Assembly: GCA_963801355.1 (NCBI GenBank)
Contig: CAWDEM010000008.1
Location: 2,912,001-2,976,000, forward strand
DNA: 64,000 nt
Direction: 5' to 3'
Source of the DNA: Ignavibacteriota bacterium
GTDB lineage: Bacteria; Bacteroidota; Ignavibacteria; UBA10030; UBA6906
This document shows, one piece after another, positions 1 to 10,297 of the stretch (positions within the stretch are counted from its first letter, which is position 1; each line of letters begins with the position of its first letter). A program made the translations under genes and the position numbers. The notes beneath the pieces were generated by a model. It was given only the letters and a program-made list of their open reading frames with translations. It searched no databases and had not been told where the DNA came from.

Positions 1-2755
1 TCATCAGCGCAACTTCGCACTGCACGTAAAACTCCTTTGTATCCGAGGGGTGCAAGCTGAGCACACGGCTGTGCAATGGCGTGTTGCGCCACGGGAGGAA
101 CAGCCGCAACAGCGTGGCTCCCGAGTTCAGTCGCACATGAATCTCTGCTCCGCCGCTCCCCACACCGACTGAATACGGCGGCAGGAGATTGCCGATGACT
201 TCCTTGAGCCATGTGCGCGCCGTGAGCGTCTGGGCCGGATCCAGCCTCCCGAGAGGGTCCAGCAAGCGGTACCTCAACGGACGGAGTGCGTTGGTTTTTG
301 CGTCCCAGAGGCGAAGACGCTCAATCTCCGAAAAGTGCACCGACAATGAAGTCTTATCCTTGAACAGGATGCGGATACGGTCCTCCATGAGATCGTACAG
401 CGTCGGCTGACCCCTGAGGAAGGGCACCACGCCGAGGTACCAGAGCGTCAGGGCATACCACACGAGCAGCAGGCTCGCCAGGACGCCCACGACCAGCTGC
501 ACCAATACCTCGTGACTCTGAGCACCGGCCATCATGCGGATCAGCCAGAAAATGGGGAGGATCGGAATGAGCATGGCCAGAAGCGGAGGCAGGATCGCTT
601 TGACCGTATCTACGGCGTTCACATGGGCGCCCGCGGATTGATAGAGCTCCCTGACGGCAACTGCTTTCCGTTCGAAAAAGTCTTCCGATTCCTCGCGGGA
701 ATACATCTGCCGGACCTTGTGCCCCGACCGGCTGAGGTATTCCGCAGCCTTTTCCCAGAGCTCCGCCTTTTCGTAATGGAACGCGAGGAGTTCGTAGTAC
801 TCCATGAGGCGATCCGCATACAGCTGTTCGATGGCACGGGCAATGGAAGCGTGCAGCTCCTTCCGTTTGTTCACCAGCATCGTGTTGTACGCGACTTCCT
901 GGATCAGGAAGTGCTTGAAGAGGTACTCGTATTCGCGGGCCTCGTCCTTCTTCAGGATGAGTTCCAGCGACCGGAGTTCCGTCAGCGACGGCACAAGGTC
1001 GACGTGCGTGCCGACGACGCGTTCGAGGAGCGGCCGGGAAAACTCCCTTCCTATGGCGGACGCCCCGAACAGGATATCTTTGATGCTGTCCTGCAGTTGA
1101 TCGATGCGGGCCATGATAATGCCCTGGATGGTGCCGGGTACGCCCGCTTCAATGTTGTCGGTGAGCAGCGAGATCTTGTGGTTCTTCACCGCAATCACGC
1201 GTTTGTCCAGAAGTGTCTTGATGATCTCCTGAATGTAGAACGGATTCCCCTCGGAGCGTCTCAGTATAAAATCCTCCACCTCCGGAGGGATACTGCCGGC
1301 ATTCAGGCGGTACAGGATCAGGCGGCGGGCATCCTCCTGGCTGAGCCGGTTCAAATCCAATACCGTACTCCGGCCGGCCAGGGCCAGGGGCAGCCGGTAC
1401 TCATTACGGTAGGTCAGCACGAACAACGCGAGCACGCTCTCCTCTTCGGGGGCCAACACATACTCCAGCAGCTCCTGGGAGAACCGATCGATCCAGTGAA
1501 GGTCTTCAAGGATGAACATCATCGGGCGGCGGGCGGCGAGGGCGGTGCAGAGGGCACGGACAGCCCCGAAGATGCGCTGCTTGCGCACCTTCTCATCAAG
1601 AAGCATAATTTCTTCAAACCGGACCGACAGCAACGTTGCCAGGTATGCTTCGTGCTCCTGGAGGCCGACCGGTGCCAGCTTCACCTTCAGCCGTTCACGG
1701 ATCTGTGTCACCGACGCGTCGGCCTGTACCTTGAGCAGGTGTTTCAGAAGGACGGTCCAGACGTAATAGGGTGTGGTCGTCTCGAAACTCGAGCATGCCC
1801 CTTCCACGGTAAAGTGCCCCTGTTGGCGCGCCAGCTTCACCATCTCCGCCTTCAGCCGTGATTTGCCGACACCCGCTTCCCCGCGGAGGCACAGCAGCGC
1901 ATGGTCCCTGCGCACAACCGTCTCCAACGCGCTGTTGAAGATTTCCAGCTCCTGTACCCGGCCGACAAAGTTATCCTGACCCATCACCTGTGCGCTACGG
2001 TCGGCTTCATCCTTGATCGAGAGGAGGCGGTAGACCGGGACGGACGCCGCCTTGCCGCGCAGCGTCGCGTCAATGGGACCTTCGGCTTCGACGATGTCGG
2101 CCACGAGCTTGTGGGTGTCGGCCGAGAGGTAGACCTGGCCGCGCGGTGCGATTTCCACAAGCCGCGATGCAAGGTTCACTGTGTCACCGATCACCGTGTA
2201 GTCCATCCGGAGATCGGTGCCGATGTTCCCGGCGATGACCATGCCGCTGTGCAAACCCGCATGCAGTCCGAGCGGACCCGGCAGCGTGTCCGCCCGCGAG
2301 GCGTTGAACCGGCCGATATCCGCCATCATATCCACGGCACAGCGTATGGCCCGCTCCGGATCGTTCTCGTGTGCAAGGGGGGCGCCGAAGATCGCCATGA
2401 TCCCGTCGCCGATGAATTTGTCGATCGTTCCCTCGTACTTGAGCACAATGGAGACGAGCCCCGCAAAGCAGTCGTTCAGAATTGCCGAGACATCCTCGGG
2501 ATCCATCTGTTCGGAGAGCGTGGTGAAGCCTGTGACATCGGCGAACACGATGGTGACAAGACGACGTTCGCTTTCGATCAGCTTTCCGGCGTCGAGAATA
2601 CGTTGGGCAAGATCGTGAGGGATGTAATTGCGCAGGAGCGTCAACCCATCCAGTGACGGGCGGCGCGGGATGGGAGCGCCTTCAATGGTCGTTCCGCAAT
2701 ACAGGCAGAACCGTGAGACTTCGGGGATACTCCGCGCGCAGAAGGGACACTGCAT
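1..2755 (-). CDS. Class III adenylate cyclase - STAND/AAA ATPase fusion with N-terminal Zn ribbon and two C-terminal TM helices (runs off the window's left edge; absent from ORF track)
   Basis: Manual translation from ATG 2755: MQCPFC..CLYC; FADVTGFT, DKFIGDG, DYTVIGDTVNLASRL (cyclase); GEAGVGKS and FILEDLHW (Walker A/B); EGNPFY, FKHFLIQEVAY; hydrophobic segments at about 540-595 and 415-507. No in-frame stop seen down to base 2. Confidence 0.9.
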   Translation of the reverse strand, partial: MQCPFCARSIPEVSRFCLYCGTTIEGAPIPRRPSLDGLTLLRNYIPHDLAQRILDAGKLIESERRLVTIVFADVTGFTTLSEQMDPEDVSAILNDCFAGLVSIVLKYEGTIDKFIGDGIMAIFGAPLAHENDPERAIRCAVDMMADIGRFNASRADTLPGPLGLHAGLHSGMVIAGNIGTDLRMDYTVIGDTVNLASRLVEIAPRGQVYLSADTHKLVADIVEAEGPIDATLRGKAASVPVYRLLSIKDEADRSAQVMGQDNFVGRVQELEIFNSALETVVRRDHALLCLRGEAGVGKSRLKAEMVKLARQQGHFTVEGACSSFETTTPYYVWTVLLKHLLKVQADASVTQIRERLKVKLAPVGLQEHEAYLATLLSVRFEEIMLLDEKVRKQRIFGAVRALCTALAARRPMMFILEDLHWIDRFSQELLEYVLAPEEESVLALFVLTYRNEYRLPLALAGRSTVLDLNRLSQEDARRLILYRLNAGSIPPEVEDFILRRSEGNPFYIQEIIKTLLDKRVIAVKNHKISLLTDNIEAGVPGTIQGIIMARIDQLQDSIKDILFGASAIGREFSRPLLERVVGTHVDLVPSLTELRSLELILKKDEAREYEYLFKHFLIQEVAYNTMLVNKRKELHASIARAIEQLYADRLMEYYELLAFHYEKAELWEKAAEYLSRSGHKVRQMYSREESEDFFERKAVAVRELYQSAGAHVNAVDTVKAILPPLLAMLIPILPIFWLIRMMAGAQSHEVLVQLVVGVLASLLLVWYALTLWYLGVVPFLRGQPTLYDLMEDRIRILFKDKTSLSVHFSEIERLRLWDAKTNALRPLRYRLLDPLGRLDPAQTLTARTWLKEVIGNLLPPYSVGVGSGGAEIHVRLNSGATLLRLFLPWRNTPLHSRVLSLHPSDTKEFYVQCEVALM

Positions 2756-2763
2756 TGGCGCGC

Positions 2764-3108
2764 CTACTTGAAGCTCGCGACAGCCTCCTTGAGGGTGTCG
2801 TAGACATCGAACACGAGCGTCAGTTTGGTGATAACGAAGATATTCTGAATGTTCTTGTTGAGTCCCGAGAGCTTGATCTGCCAGTTGCGGCGTGCATACG
2901 TGGTTTGTGCGGAGACCAGCACGCCGATCGCCGTGCTGTTGAGATAGTTCACCCCGCTGAGATCGATCAGCAGTTTCTCATATCCGCGGTCCACAAAACC
3001 CGCTACCGCCTGCCGCAGCTCGACAGTCTCATCGCCACCCATCAATGACCCTTTTGCTTCAATTACGCCAATGCCGCCTTCCGGCAGCGTAGTGGTCGAA
3101 ATGGACAT
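2764..3108 (-). CDS. STAS-domain anti-sigma factor antagonist (SpoIIAA/RsbV-like)
   Basis: LLIDLSGVNYLNSTAIGVLV motif; GAGGAG SD before ATG 3108. Confidence 0.88.
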   Translation of the reverse strand: MSISTTTLPEGGIGVIEAKGSLMGGDETVELRQAVAGFVDRGYEKLLIDLSGVNYLNSTAIGVLVSAQTTYARRNWQIKLSGLNKNIQNIFVITKLTLVFDVYDTLKEAVASFK

Positions 3109-3137
3109 GACCGTCTCCTCAAGGTGTGGAACGTTGC

Positions 3138-3166
3138 ATGATACAAGCAATACGGGACATTGTCAA
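3138..3166 (-). promoter_or_regulatory. Sigma-70 promoter for STAS-cyclase operon
   Basis: TTGACA-17 bp-TATCAT on minus strand. Confidence 0.75.
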
Positions 3167-3273
3167 GGTGACCGGGTGTCAGGGTGGCCGGCTTTCCTCT
3201 TTCTTGAATTTCTCTCCCAAAGGTGGGATATTACCTCTACACTGGATTCCACGACCCACTTTCGAGGCCTTTC

Positions 3274-5535
3274 GTGCAACAAGCCGCCGACGGCGGACAT
3301 ACACCCGTCCAGACAACGCCGCGGGCAGACGATCCACCCGTCCCGGGGAGAATCACCGGCAAGCCTGAAAAACGACGGGCAACGGGCCGTGCCCGGAAAC
3401 AACGCCGCCCCGATCACTCGGCGGAAGCCCCGAACACGTCTTCCTCCGTCCTCGACCCCGCCCTGTATATCAACCGGGAATTGAGCTGGCTTGAGTTCAA
3501 CCAGCGCGTTCTGGACGAAGCCGGCGACCCGCGCCATCCCCTTCTGGAACGCGTCAAATTTCTCTCAATTGTCAGCTCGAACCTGGACGAGTTTTTCATG
3601 ATCCGTGTCGCCGCCATCAAAGACCAGATCGAGGCCGCCGTGTCGGATCATTCCCCGGACGGACGGACACCCGACCAGCAACTTGCCGCCGTGCACGACA
3701 GGGTCTCACACATGCTCCGCGCCATGAGTGACTGCTTCTGGCACGAATTTCATCCGCTCCTGTCGAAGGCTGACATTCACCTCCTCGCAATCACCGGGGT
3801 GACCGGCGAAGAACACGAAGCGCTCCGCGAAATTTTCGCCCGGGAGATTTTTCCCGTGCTGACACCCCTGGCCTTCGACCCCGGCCATCCGTTCCCCTAC
3901 ATATCCAACCTCAGCCTGAGCCTCGCGGTGGTTGTCGTTGATCCGAAAGGAGACGAACGCTTCGCCCGGGTGAAAGTGCCGGATGTGCTCCCCCGCCTGG
4001 TTCCGTTGCCCGGCAACTCCACTCCCGACGCCCCGGCGCGGTTTGTCTGGCTTGAAGATCTCATTGCCGACAACCTGGAGATGCTGTTCCCCGGCATGAA
4101 AGTGAAAGAGTCCTACGCATTCCGCATCACCCGGAATGCCGACATTGAAATACAGGAGGATGAAGCGGATGATCTCCTGAGCTCCATCGAGCAATCCATC
4201 CGCATGCGCAGGTTCGGTTCCGTTGTGCGTATGGACGTTCAGGACAGTATGCCTCCCAGAATCAAGAACATCCTGACTGAGTATCTCGACGTCTCACCAG
4301 CGGAGCTCTATGAAATACGCCCTCCGCTCGGCCTCAGCCATCTCATGAGCCTGCTCAAGCTTCCGCGTCCCGATCTCAAGGATCTCCCGTTTCACCCCTC
4401 TCTCCTCGTCACCGAAGAGGAGAACGAAGATATGTTCAGCGTGATCAGGAGGGGGGATCTGGTGTTGCACCATCCCTATGACGCCTTCGGTGCTGTGGAA
4501 CAGTTCATCCGGAATGCGGCGGAGGATCCCAGCGTGCTGGCGATCAAGCAAACGCTGTACCGCATCGGGAAGGAATCCCCGCTCATTCCCCTCTTCATCC
4601 AGGCTGCAGAGAGCGGGAAGCAGGTTGCGGTGCTCGTCGAGCTGAAGGCGCGCTTCGATGAGGAGAACAACATCATCTGGGCCAAACGGCTTGAAGAGGC
4701 AGGCGTCCATGTCGTGTACGGTCTGGTCGGTCTGAAAACCCATGCGAAAATGGCCCTGGTCGTCCGGAAGGAAGCCGGCGGATTGCGCCGGTATGTGCAC
4801 CTCGGCACCGGCAACTATAACCCGGCGACGGCAAGGATCTACACCGACGTCAGCCTTTTCACGTGCCGCGAAGACATTACCGCGGACGCGACCGAAGTCT
4901 TCAACTACCTGACCGGCTATTCCACGCGGGAGACCTACCGGAAGCTGGCACTGGCACCGGTGAATTTGCGCGAGCACGTCATGGCGCTGGTAGAGCGCGA
5001 GATTACCCACGCACGCAACGGCCGGCCGGCACGGATTATCCTGAAGATGAATTCGCTCACCGACACGAAGATGATCGAGTTGCTGTATGCCGCATCCCAG
5101 GCAGGCGTCACCGTCGAGTTGATCGTCCGGGGAATCTGCTGCCTCCGTCCGGGCATCCCCCGCGTGAGCGACCGCATCCGCGTCATCAGCATCGTCGGCC
5201 GGTTTCTGGAGCACAGCCGTGTCTTCTACTTCGGCAATGACGGCGGTCCTGAACTCTTCCTGAGCAGCGCCGACCTCATGGGCCGCAATCTGAACCGCCG
5301 CGTGGAACTGATGTTCCCCGTCGAAGATCCCGCTCTGGCCCTCCATCTGAAAGAGGAGATCCTTGATACCGCGCTCGCAGACACAGTCCGCGCCCGCATG
5401 CTCCATGCCGACGGCACCTACACGCGCCTGGCAACCAATGAGAATTCGTCAATGCCTGATAGTCAGACCCTGATCATGCGCTCACACACGCGTCCCGCCC
5501 GCCCTCTTCATGTCATTCTACGGGAAACTCCCTGA
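3274..5535 (+). CDS. ppk1: Polyphosphate kinase 1
   Basis: NRELSWLEFN, SSNLDEFFMIRVA, HPFPYISN, HHPYD, ELKARFDE, KTHAK, RFLEHSR, SSADLMGRNLNRRVE. Start uncertain: GTG 3274 preferred because the ORF start at 3223 overlaps a TTGAAT-17-GATATT promoter candidate. Confidence 0.95.
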   Translation: MQQAADGGHTPVQTTPRADDPPVPGRITGKPEKRRATGRARKQRRPDHSAEAPNTSSSVLDPALYINRELSWLEFNQRVLDEAGDPRHPLLERVKFLSIVSSNLDEFFMIRVAAIKDQIEAAVSDHSPDGRTPDQQLAAVHDRVSHMLRAMSDCFWHEFHPLLSKADIHLLAITGVTGEEHEALREIFAREIFPVLTPLAFDPGHPFPYISNLSLSLAVVVVDPKGDERFARVKVPDVLPRLVPLPGNSTPDAPARFVWLEDLIADNLEMLFPGMKVKESYAFRITRNADIEIQEDEADDLLSSIEQSIRMRRFGSVVRMDVQDSMPPRIKNILTEYLDVSPAELYEIRPPLGLSHLMSLLKLPRPDLKDLPFHPSLLVTEEENEDMFSVIRRGDLVLHHPYDAFGAVEQFIRNAAEDPSVLAIKQTLYRIGKESPLIPLFIQAAESGKQVAVLVELKARFDEENNIIWAKRLEEAGVHVVYGLVGLKTHAKMALVVRKEAGGLRRYVHLGTGNYNPATARIYTDVSLFTCREDITADATEVFNYLTGYSTRETYRKLALAPVNLREHVMALVEREITHARNGRPARIILKMNSLTDTKMIELLYAASQAGVTVELIVRGICCLRPGIPRVSDRIRVISIVGRFLEHSRVFYFGNDGGPELFLSSADLMGRNLNRRVELMFPVEDPALALHLKEEILDTALADTVRARMLHADGTYTRLATNENSSMPDSQTLIMRSHTRPARPLHVILRETP

Positions 5536-5584
5536 CGCAGACGTTCACGGCCCTGTGCTTCACATCCATACGCCCGGAGGTACC

Positions 5585-8500
5585 ATGATGCGTTCGTACG
5601 TTCTTGCCGCCGCCATGCTGCTCTGCCTGACCACTCCCTCGCTGAGTATGGAGGGACGATTTATGCGTTACCCGGACATCCACGAATCCACGATTGTCTT
5701 CACCTATGAAGGGGACCTCTGGCTCGTTCCCGGTTCCGGCGGTATGGCGACACGTCTGACAAACCATCCCGGCACCGAATATGCCGCGCACTTTTCTCCG
5801 GACGGCTCCCGCCTGGCCTTCACCGCACACTATGACGGCAGCCCCAATGTCTACGTCATGAACAGCACGGGGGGAATTCCCGAACGCCTGACGTATATGC
5901 CGGGCGGCATTCAATCGCTCGGATGGACGCCCGACGGTACACGGGTCATTTTCCGTTCCATGTTTGAAAATGTCATCTATCGAACGCCCAAACTCTATAC
6001 GGCGGACCTGAACGGCTCGCTTCCCGAACGGCTCCCGCCAGACCGCGGGACACTCTGCAGTTTTTCTGCGGATGGCCGCTCGTTCCTCTACACCCGCCGC
6101 GGGAATGAGGAAAACTACTGGAAACGCTACAAGGGAGGCGAACACCCGGACATCTGGCGCTATGACTACGCCACCAACAGCTACACGCAATTGTCAAACT
6201 ATGTCGGCAGGAATACCTACCCCATGTGGATCGGCACCACCATGTACTTCCTTTCCGACCGGGGCAACGGCATCACAAACATCTTCGCTCAGGATCTGAC
6301 CGGCAACACCGTCACACAAATCACCGCCTACGGTGATTTCGATGTCATGATGCCTTCCACGGACGGGAAACGCATCGTGTACGTTCACAGCGGGGACATC
6401 CATGTCTTCGACACAGCCTCGCGTAAAGATACCAGGATTGCAGTCACCATCCCCAGCGATCGGTGGATGACCCGGACCCGGTCCATTGACGCAAAGGACT
6501 TCATCCATGCGGTCGATCTCTCCGGAGACGGCAAACAGGCGGTGATTGAAGCACGGGGCGATCTCTACGCGCTCACGCCGGAGAAGAAACTGTCCATTAA
6601 TCTTTCCATGACCCCCGGAACCCGCGAAATGCACCCCGCCCTGTCGCCGGACGGGAAGACCGTTGCGTTTTTCTCGGACCGGTCAGGCGAATACCAGATC
6701 TATACTCAGCCGGTCTCCGGCGGTCCGTGGACACAGCTGACGACCTCTCTCGACCGCACTCCGTACCGGCTCCTCTGGTCTCCGGACGGCAGGAAGATTC
6801 TGTTCGGCAACAAGGACTTCGCCATTTTCGTGCTGGACATCGCTTCGAAGAAACTCACGAAGATCGATGAGTCGCGCCAGGGGAAGAACGACGAATTCTT
6901 CTGGGAGATCAGCGACTACACATGGTCACCCAACAGCAAATGGATCGCCTACAGTTTCGTGCAGTTCAACCGCAACAGCCAGATATTCCTCTATTCGCTT
7001 GAGCAGGGTACCCGGGCCGCCGTCACCGACGACTTCTTCGACAATCTCTACCCTGCCTTTGACAAGGCCGGCGGGTACCTGTACTACGTTTCCAGCAGAA
7101 ACTTCGATGTTCAGATGGATTTCTACGAAGACAACCACGTGTACGAACATCCCCAGCAGGTTATGGCTGTCCAGCTCCGCGCCGGGGAGAAACCGCTGTT
7201 TGCGGATTCCGTCGCCGGCACCCCGACGAAAGGCGCCGTGGATTCCTTCCGCATTGACCTGAAAGACATCCAGAAACGGGTCACCCCCCTTCCGGTTCCC
7301 GCAGGAAATTACTTCTACCTGAAAGCGGCCAGAGGGAAAGTTCTGTGGGCCTCGGTGCCGAAATTCACCGAGGATGAGTACGAAGAGATCTTCAGACCCG
7401 GCGGTGCCACGAAGTGGTCGCTGCACATGTTTGATGTCGAACAGAAGAAGGAAACCGTACTTTCCGACAAGGTACAGGACTTCCGTCTCTCGGTAAACGG
7501 TCAACACCTGCTCGTGAAGAAGGATGGTGGCTATTTCACTTCGAAAGTGGAGAAGGCGTTCGAATCCAAAGCCGCCGGCGAGAAACTCGATCATGGTGTT
7601 TTGGCATACACCGTCGACAACCAGGCCGAATGGACGCAGATATTCAACGACGCGTGGCGCTGGTACCGAGATTTCTTCTACGACCCCGGAATGCACGGCC
7701 GCGATTGGAAAAAGATGGGCGAGACCTATCGCGCGTACATTCCCGCGCTCTCTTCCCGCGAGGAACTCAACTGGGTGCTGCAGCAAATGGTGGGTGAACT
7801 CTGCGTGTCTCACACCTACATCGGCGGCGGTGACCAGGTGTCACTGAAGCCGCCTCCCTCACCGGTGTTCACGGGCTGGCTCGGCGCTGACCTGGTGCCG
7901 GACGCTTCTGCGGGCCGCTACAAATTCGCGCGCATCTACGGACCGACTGAGTACAACAGCAGCATCGCCGGCCCCCTCGTGCGACCCGATATCGACCTGC
8001 AGGAGGGGGGATATCTCATCGCCATCAATGGCGTCGAGGTGCACCCCCCGATGGATTACCACCGTCTCCTGCAGGTCACCGCAGGACAGAAGGTCGACAT
8101 TACGGTACATGCACGGCCGACGAACGAAGGCGCCAGAACGTATGCCGTCACCCCCATCCGCTACAACGCGTCGCTCCGCTATCACCGGTGGGTCGCGGAT
8201 AATATCAACTACGTCCTCAAAGCCACCGACGGGAAAGTCGGCTACATGCACATCACCGCCATGGGATCGGGCGGCATCGGGGAATTCGACAAATACTGGC
8301 GCGCCTTCCGCTATAAAGAGGGATTGATCATCGATGTCCGGCGGAACAGCGGCGGGTGGACGGAATACTTCCTCATCGACAAACTCGAGCGGAAAGTGAC
8401 CGCCTATAACAATCTGAAAAATATGGCCCCCTTCCGCTATCCGGGATCGACTTCCACCGCACACTATGTGGCGATCTCGAATGAGTACAACGGTTCGGAC

Positions 8501-8830
8501 GGCGAGGCTTTCATCGAAGACTTCAAGGCCAACAAGCTGGGTCAGGTTGTCGGCGTCCCTTCCTGGGGCGGATTGGTGGGCATTTTGAACCGGCAGACCA
8601 CCGTCGATAACGGCAGCGTCGAGCAATCCAATAATGCGTTTTACGGCGAGAAGGGCACGTGGCTCGTGGAGAATCACGGAGCCGATCCGGATATTCTCAT
8701 CGACAACGATCCGTCGTCGGTTGCAGCGGGGAAAGATGCGCAGCTGGACAAGGCGATTGAGGTGGTCATGAAGAACATCCGCGAGCGGCCGTTCCGGTTC
8801 CCGGCACAGCCTCCGTATCCGAAAAAGTGA
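5585..8830 (+). CDS. Tricorn-like S41 family protease (PD40 propellers, PDZ, signal peptide)
   Basis: GGAGG SD then ATG 5585; FSPDG/WSPDG repeats; GELCVSHT; IDVRRNSGG; catalytic SDGE; GVPSWGG. Confidence 0.92.
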   Translation: MMRSYVLAAAMLLCLTTPSLSMEGRFMRYPDIHESTIVFTYEGDLWLVPGSGGMATRLTNHPGTEYAAHFSPDGSRLAFTAHYDGSPNVYVMNSTGGIPERLTYMPGGIQSLGWTPDGTRVIFRSMFENVIYRTPKLYTADLNGSLPERLPPDRGTLCSFSADGRSFLYTRRGNEENYWKRYKGGEHPDIWRYDYATNSYTQLSNYVGRNTYPMWIGTTMYFLSDRGNGITNIFAQDLTGNTVTQITAYGDFDVMMPSTDGKRIVYVHSGDIHVFDTASRKDTRIAVTIPSDRWMTRTRSIDAKDFIHAVDLSGDGKQAVIEARGDLYALTPEKKLSINLSMTPGTREMHPALSPDGKTVAFFSDRSGEYQIYTQPVSGGPWTQLTTSLDRTPYRLLWSPDGRKILFGNKDFAIFVLDIASKKLTKIDESRQGKNDEFFWEISDYTWSPNSKWIAYSFVQFNRNSQIFLYSLEQGTRAAVTDDFFDNLYPAFDKAGGYLYYVSSRNFDVQMDFYEDNHVYEHPQQVMAVQLRAGEKPLFADSVAGTPTKGAVDSFRIDLKDIQKRVTPLPVPAGNYFYLKAARGKVLWASVPKFTEDEYEEIFRPGGATKWSLHMFDVEQKKETVLSDKVQDFRLSVNGQHLLVKKDGGYFTSKVEKAFESKAAGEKLDHGVLAYTVDNQAEWTQIFNDAWRWYRDFFYDPGMHGRDWKKMGETYRAYIPALSSREELNWVLQQMVGELCVSHTYIGGGDQVSLKPPPSPVFTGWLGADLVPDASAGRYKFARIYGPTEYNSSIAGPLVRPDIDLQEGGYLIAINGVEVHPPMDYHRLLQVTAGQKVDITVHARPTNEGARTYAVTPIRYNASLRYHRWVADNINYVLKATDGKVGYMHITAMGSGGIGEFDKYWRAFRYKEGLIIDVRRNSGGWTEYFLIDKLERKVTAYNNLKNMAPFRYPGSTSTAHYVAISNEYNGSDGEAFIEDFKANKLGQVVGVPSWGGLVGILNRQTTVDNGSVEQSNNAFYGEKGTWLVENHGADPDILIDNDPSSVAAGKDAQLDKAIEVVMKNIRERPFRFPAQPPYPKK

Positions 8831-8839
8831 TAGCTGTTC

Positions 8840-8868
8840 TTGTTTTTCTTGAGGGTTCTTGCTACAAT
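8840..8868 (+). promoter_or_regulatory. Sigma-70 promoter for gltA
   Basis: TTGTTT-17-TACAAT with extended TG. Confidence 0.55.
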
Positions 8869-8920
8869 CGTACATTAGACCCAGGTTGTTGAAATTCTCA
8901 CCCCCACACAGGAGGTTCCC

Positions 8921-10228
8921 ATGCACGCTGCCGGCGATACCGTTAAAACAACGTTGACGATTACAGACAACCGGACCGGGAAAGTCTACGAAGTGCCGAT
9001 CGAGCATGACACGATACGTGCCACCGATCTCCGCCAGATCAAGGTCAATCCGGATGATTTCGGCATGATGACCTATGATCCGGCCTATATGAACACCGCC
9101 TCCTGCAGGAGCACGATCACGTTCATCGATGGCGACAAAGGGATCCTGGAATACCGTGGTTATCCCATCGACCAGCTTGCCGAGCGCTGTTCCTATCTCG
9201 AAGTGGCGTATCTGCTGCTCAAGGGCGAGTTGCCGAACAAGTCACAACTCGCGCAGTGGTCATCGCAGATCACCACGCATACGTTCGTTCACGAGAACAT
9301 CAAGAAACTCATGGACGGGTTCCATTACGATGCACATCCGATGGGCATGTTTGTGAGCACGATCGCTGCGCTCTCCACATTCTATCCTTCGGCGAAGAAT
9401 GTCCAGGACCCCGCGGAGAGGGAGCTGACCTTCTTCAGGCTCATCGCCAAGGCACCGACGCTTGCAGCATACGCCTACCGCCACAGCATCGGCATGCCGT
9501 ACGTACACCCCGACAACGAACTCTCGTTTGCAGGAAATTTCCTGAACATGATGTACCGCGTTGCCGAACCGAAGTACAAGCCAAACCCGATTCTGGAAAA
9601 AGCACTCGACGTATTGTTCATACTTCATGCGGACCACGAGCAGAACTGCAGCACGAGTGCCATGCGCAGCGTGGGAAGCTCCCTGGTGGATCCGTACAGC
9701 GCCGCGGCAGCGGCCGCGGCAGCCCTGTATGGTCCTCTCCACGGCGGCGCGAACGAAGCGGTGCTCCGCATGCTCGACGAAATCGGTACCAAGGAGAAAA
9801 TCCCCGCATTCATCAAAGAAGTCAAGGACGGCAAAGGCCGCCTGATGGGGTTTGGGCATCGCGTCTATAAGAACTACGATCCGCGCGCAAACATCATCAA
9901 GCGCCTGGCCGATCAGGTCTTCGAGGTCACGGGCCGCAATCCGAAGCTCGATATCGCCCTTGAACTGGAACGCATCGCCCTGCAGGACGATTACTTCATC
10001 AAGCGGAAGCTCTATCCGAACGTCGATTTCTACTCGGGCTTGATCTATCAGGCGATGAAGTTCCCCGTTGACATGTTCCCTGTCCTGTTCGCCCTGGGAC
10101 GGATGTCCGGTTGGCTGGCACAGTGGGCTGAAATGCTCGCGGACAAGGAGCAGAAGATCACGCGTCCCCGCCAGGTCTTCCTTGGCTCCGCCAGACGCGA
10201 AGTTTCCCTGCTCAGCCAGCGTCAATAG
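8921..10228 (+). CDS. gltA: Citrate synthase (type II)
   Basis: LHADHEQNCST, GPLHGGANE, LMGFGHRVYKNYDPRA, LYPNVDFYSG; AGGAGG SD. Confidence 0.97.
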   Translation: MHAAGDTVKTTLTITDNRTGKVYEVPIEHDTIRATDLRQIKVNPDDFGMMTYDPAYMNTASCRSTITFIDGDKGILEYRGYPIDQLAERCSYLEVAYLLLKGELPNKSQLAQWSSQITTHTFVHENIKKLMDGFHYDAHPMGMFVSTIAALSTFYPSAKNVQDPAERELTFFRLIAKAPTLAAYAYRHSIGMPYVHPDNELSFAGNFLNMMYRVAEPKYKPNPILEKALDVLFILHADHEQNCSTSAMRSVGSSLVDPYSAAAAAAAALYGPLHGGANEAVLRMLDEIGTKEKIPAFIKEVKDGKGRLMGFGHRVYKNYDPRANIIKRLADQVFEVTGRNPKLDIALELERIALQDDYFIKRKLYPNVDFYSGLIYQAMKFPVDMFPVLFALGRMSGWLAQWAEMLADKEQKITRPRQVFLGSARREVSLLSQRQ

Positions 10229-10246
10229 CTGCCTCAATGACCACAT

Positions 10247-10287
10247 CCGCGGAGACGATGGGGCTTTCTGTCTCAACGTCTCCGCGG
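10247..10287 (+). terminator. Intergenic GC-rich hairpin (possible terminator or stabiliser)
   Basis: CCGCGGAGACG ... CGTCTCCGCGG perfect 11-bp arms plus inner stem; only a weak U tract. Confidence 0.4.
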
Positions 10288-10297
10288 TGACATTTTC

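Noticed and set aside
512-2656. Long plus-strand ORFs 512-1861 and 1901-2656
   Set aside because: Codon-aligned antisense shadows of the minus-strand cyclase gene; no recognisable motifs.
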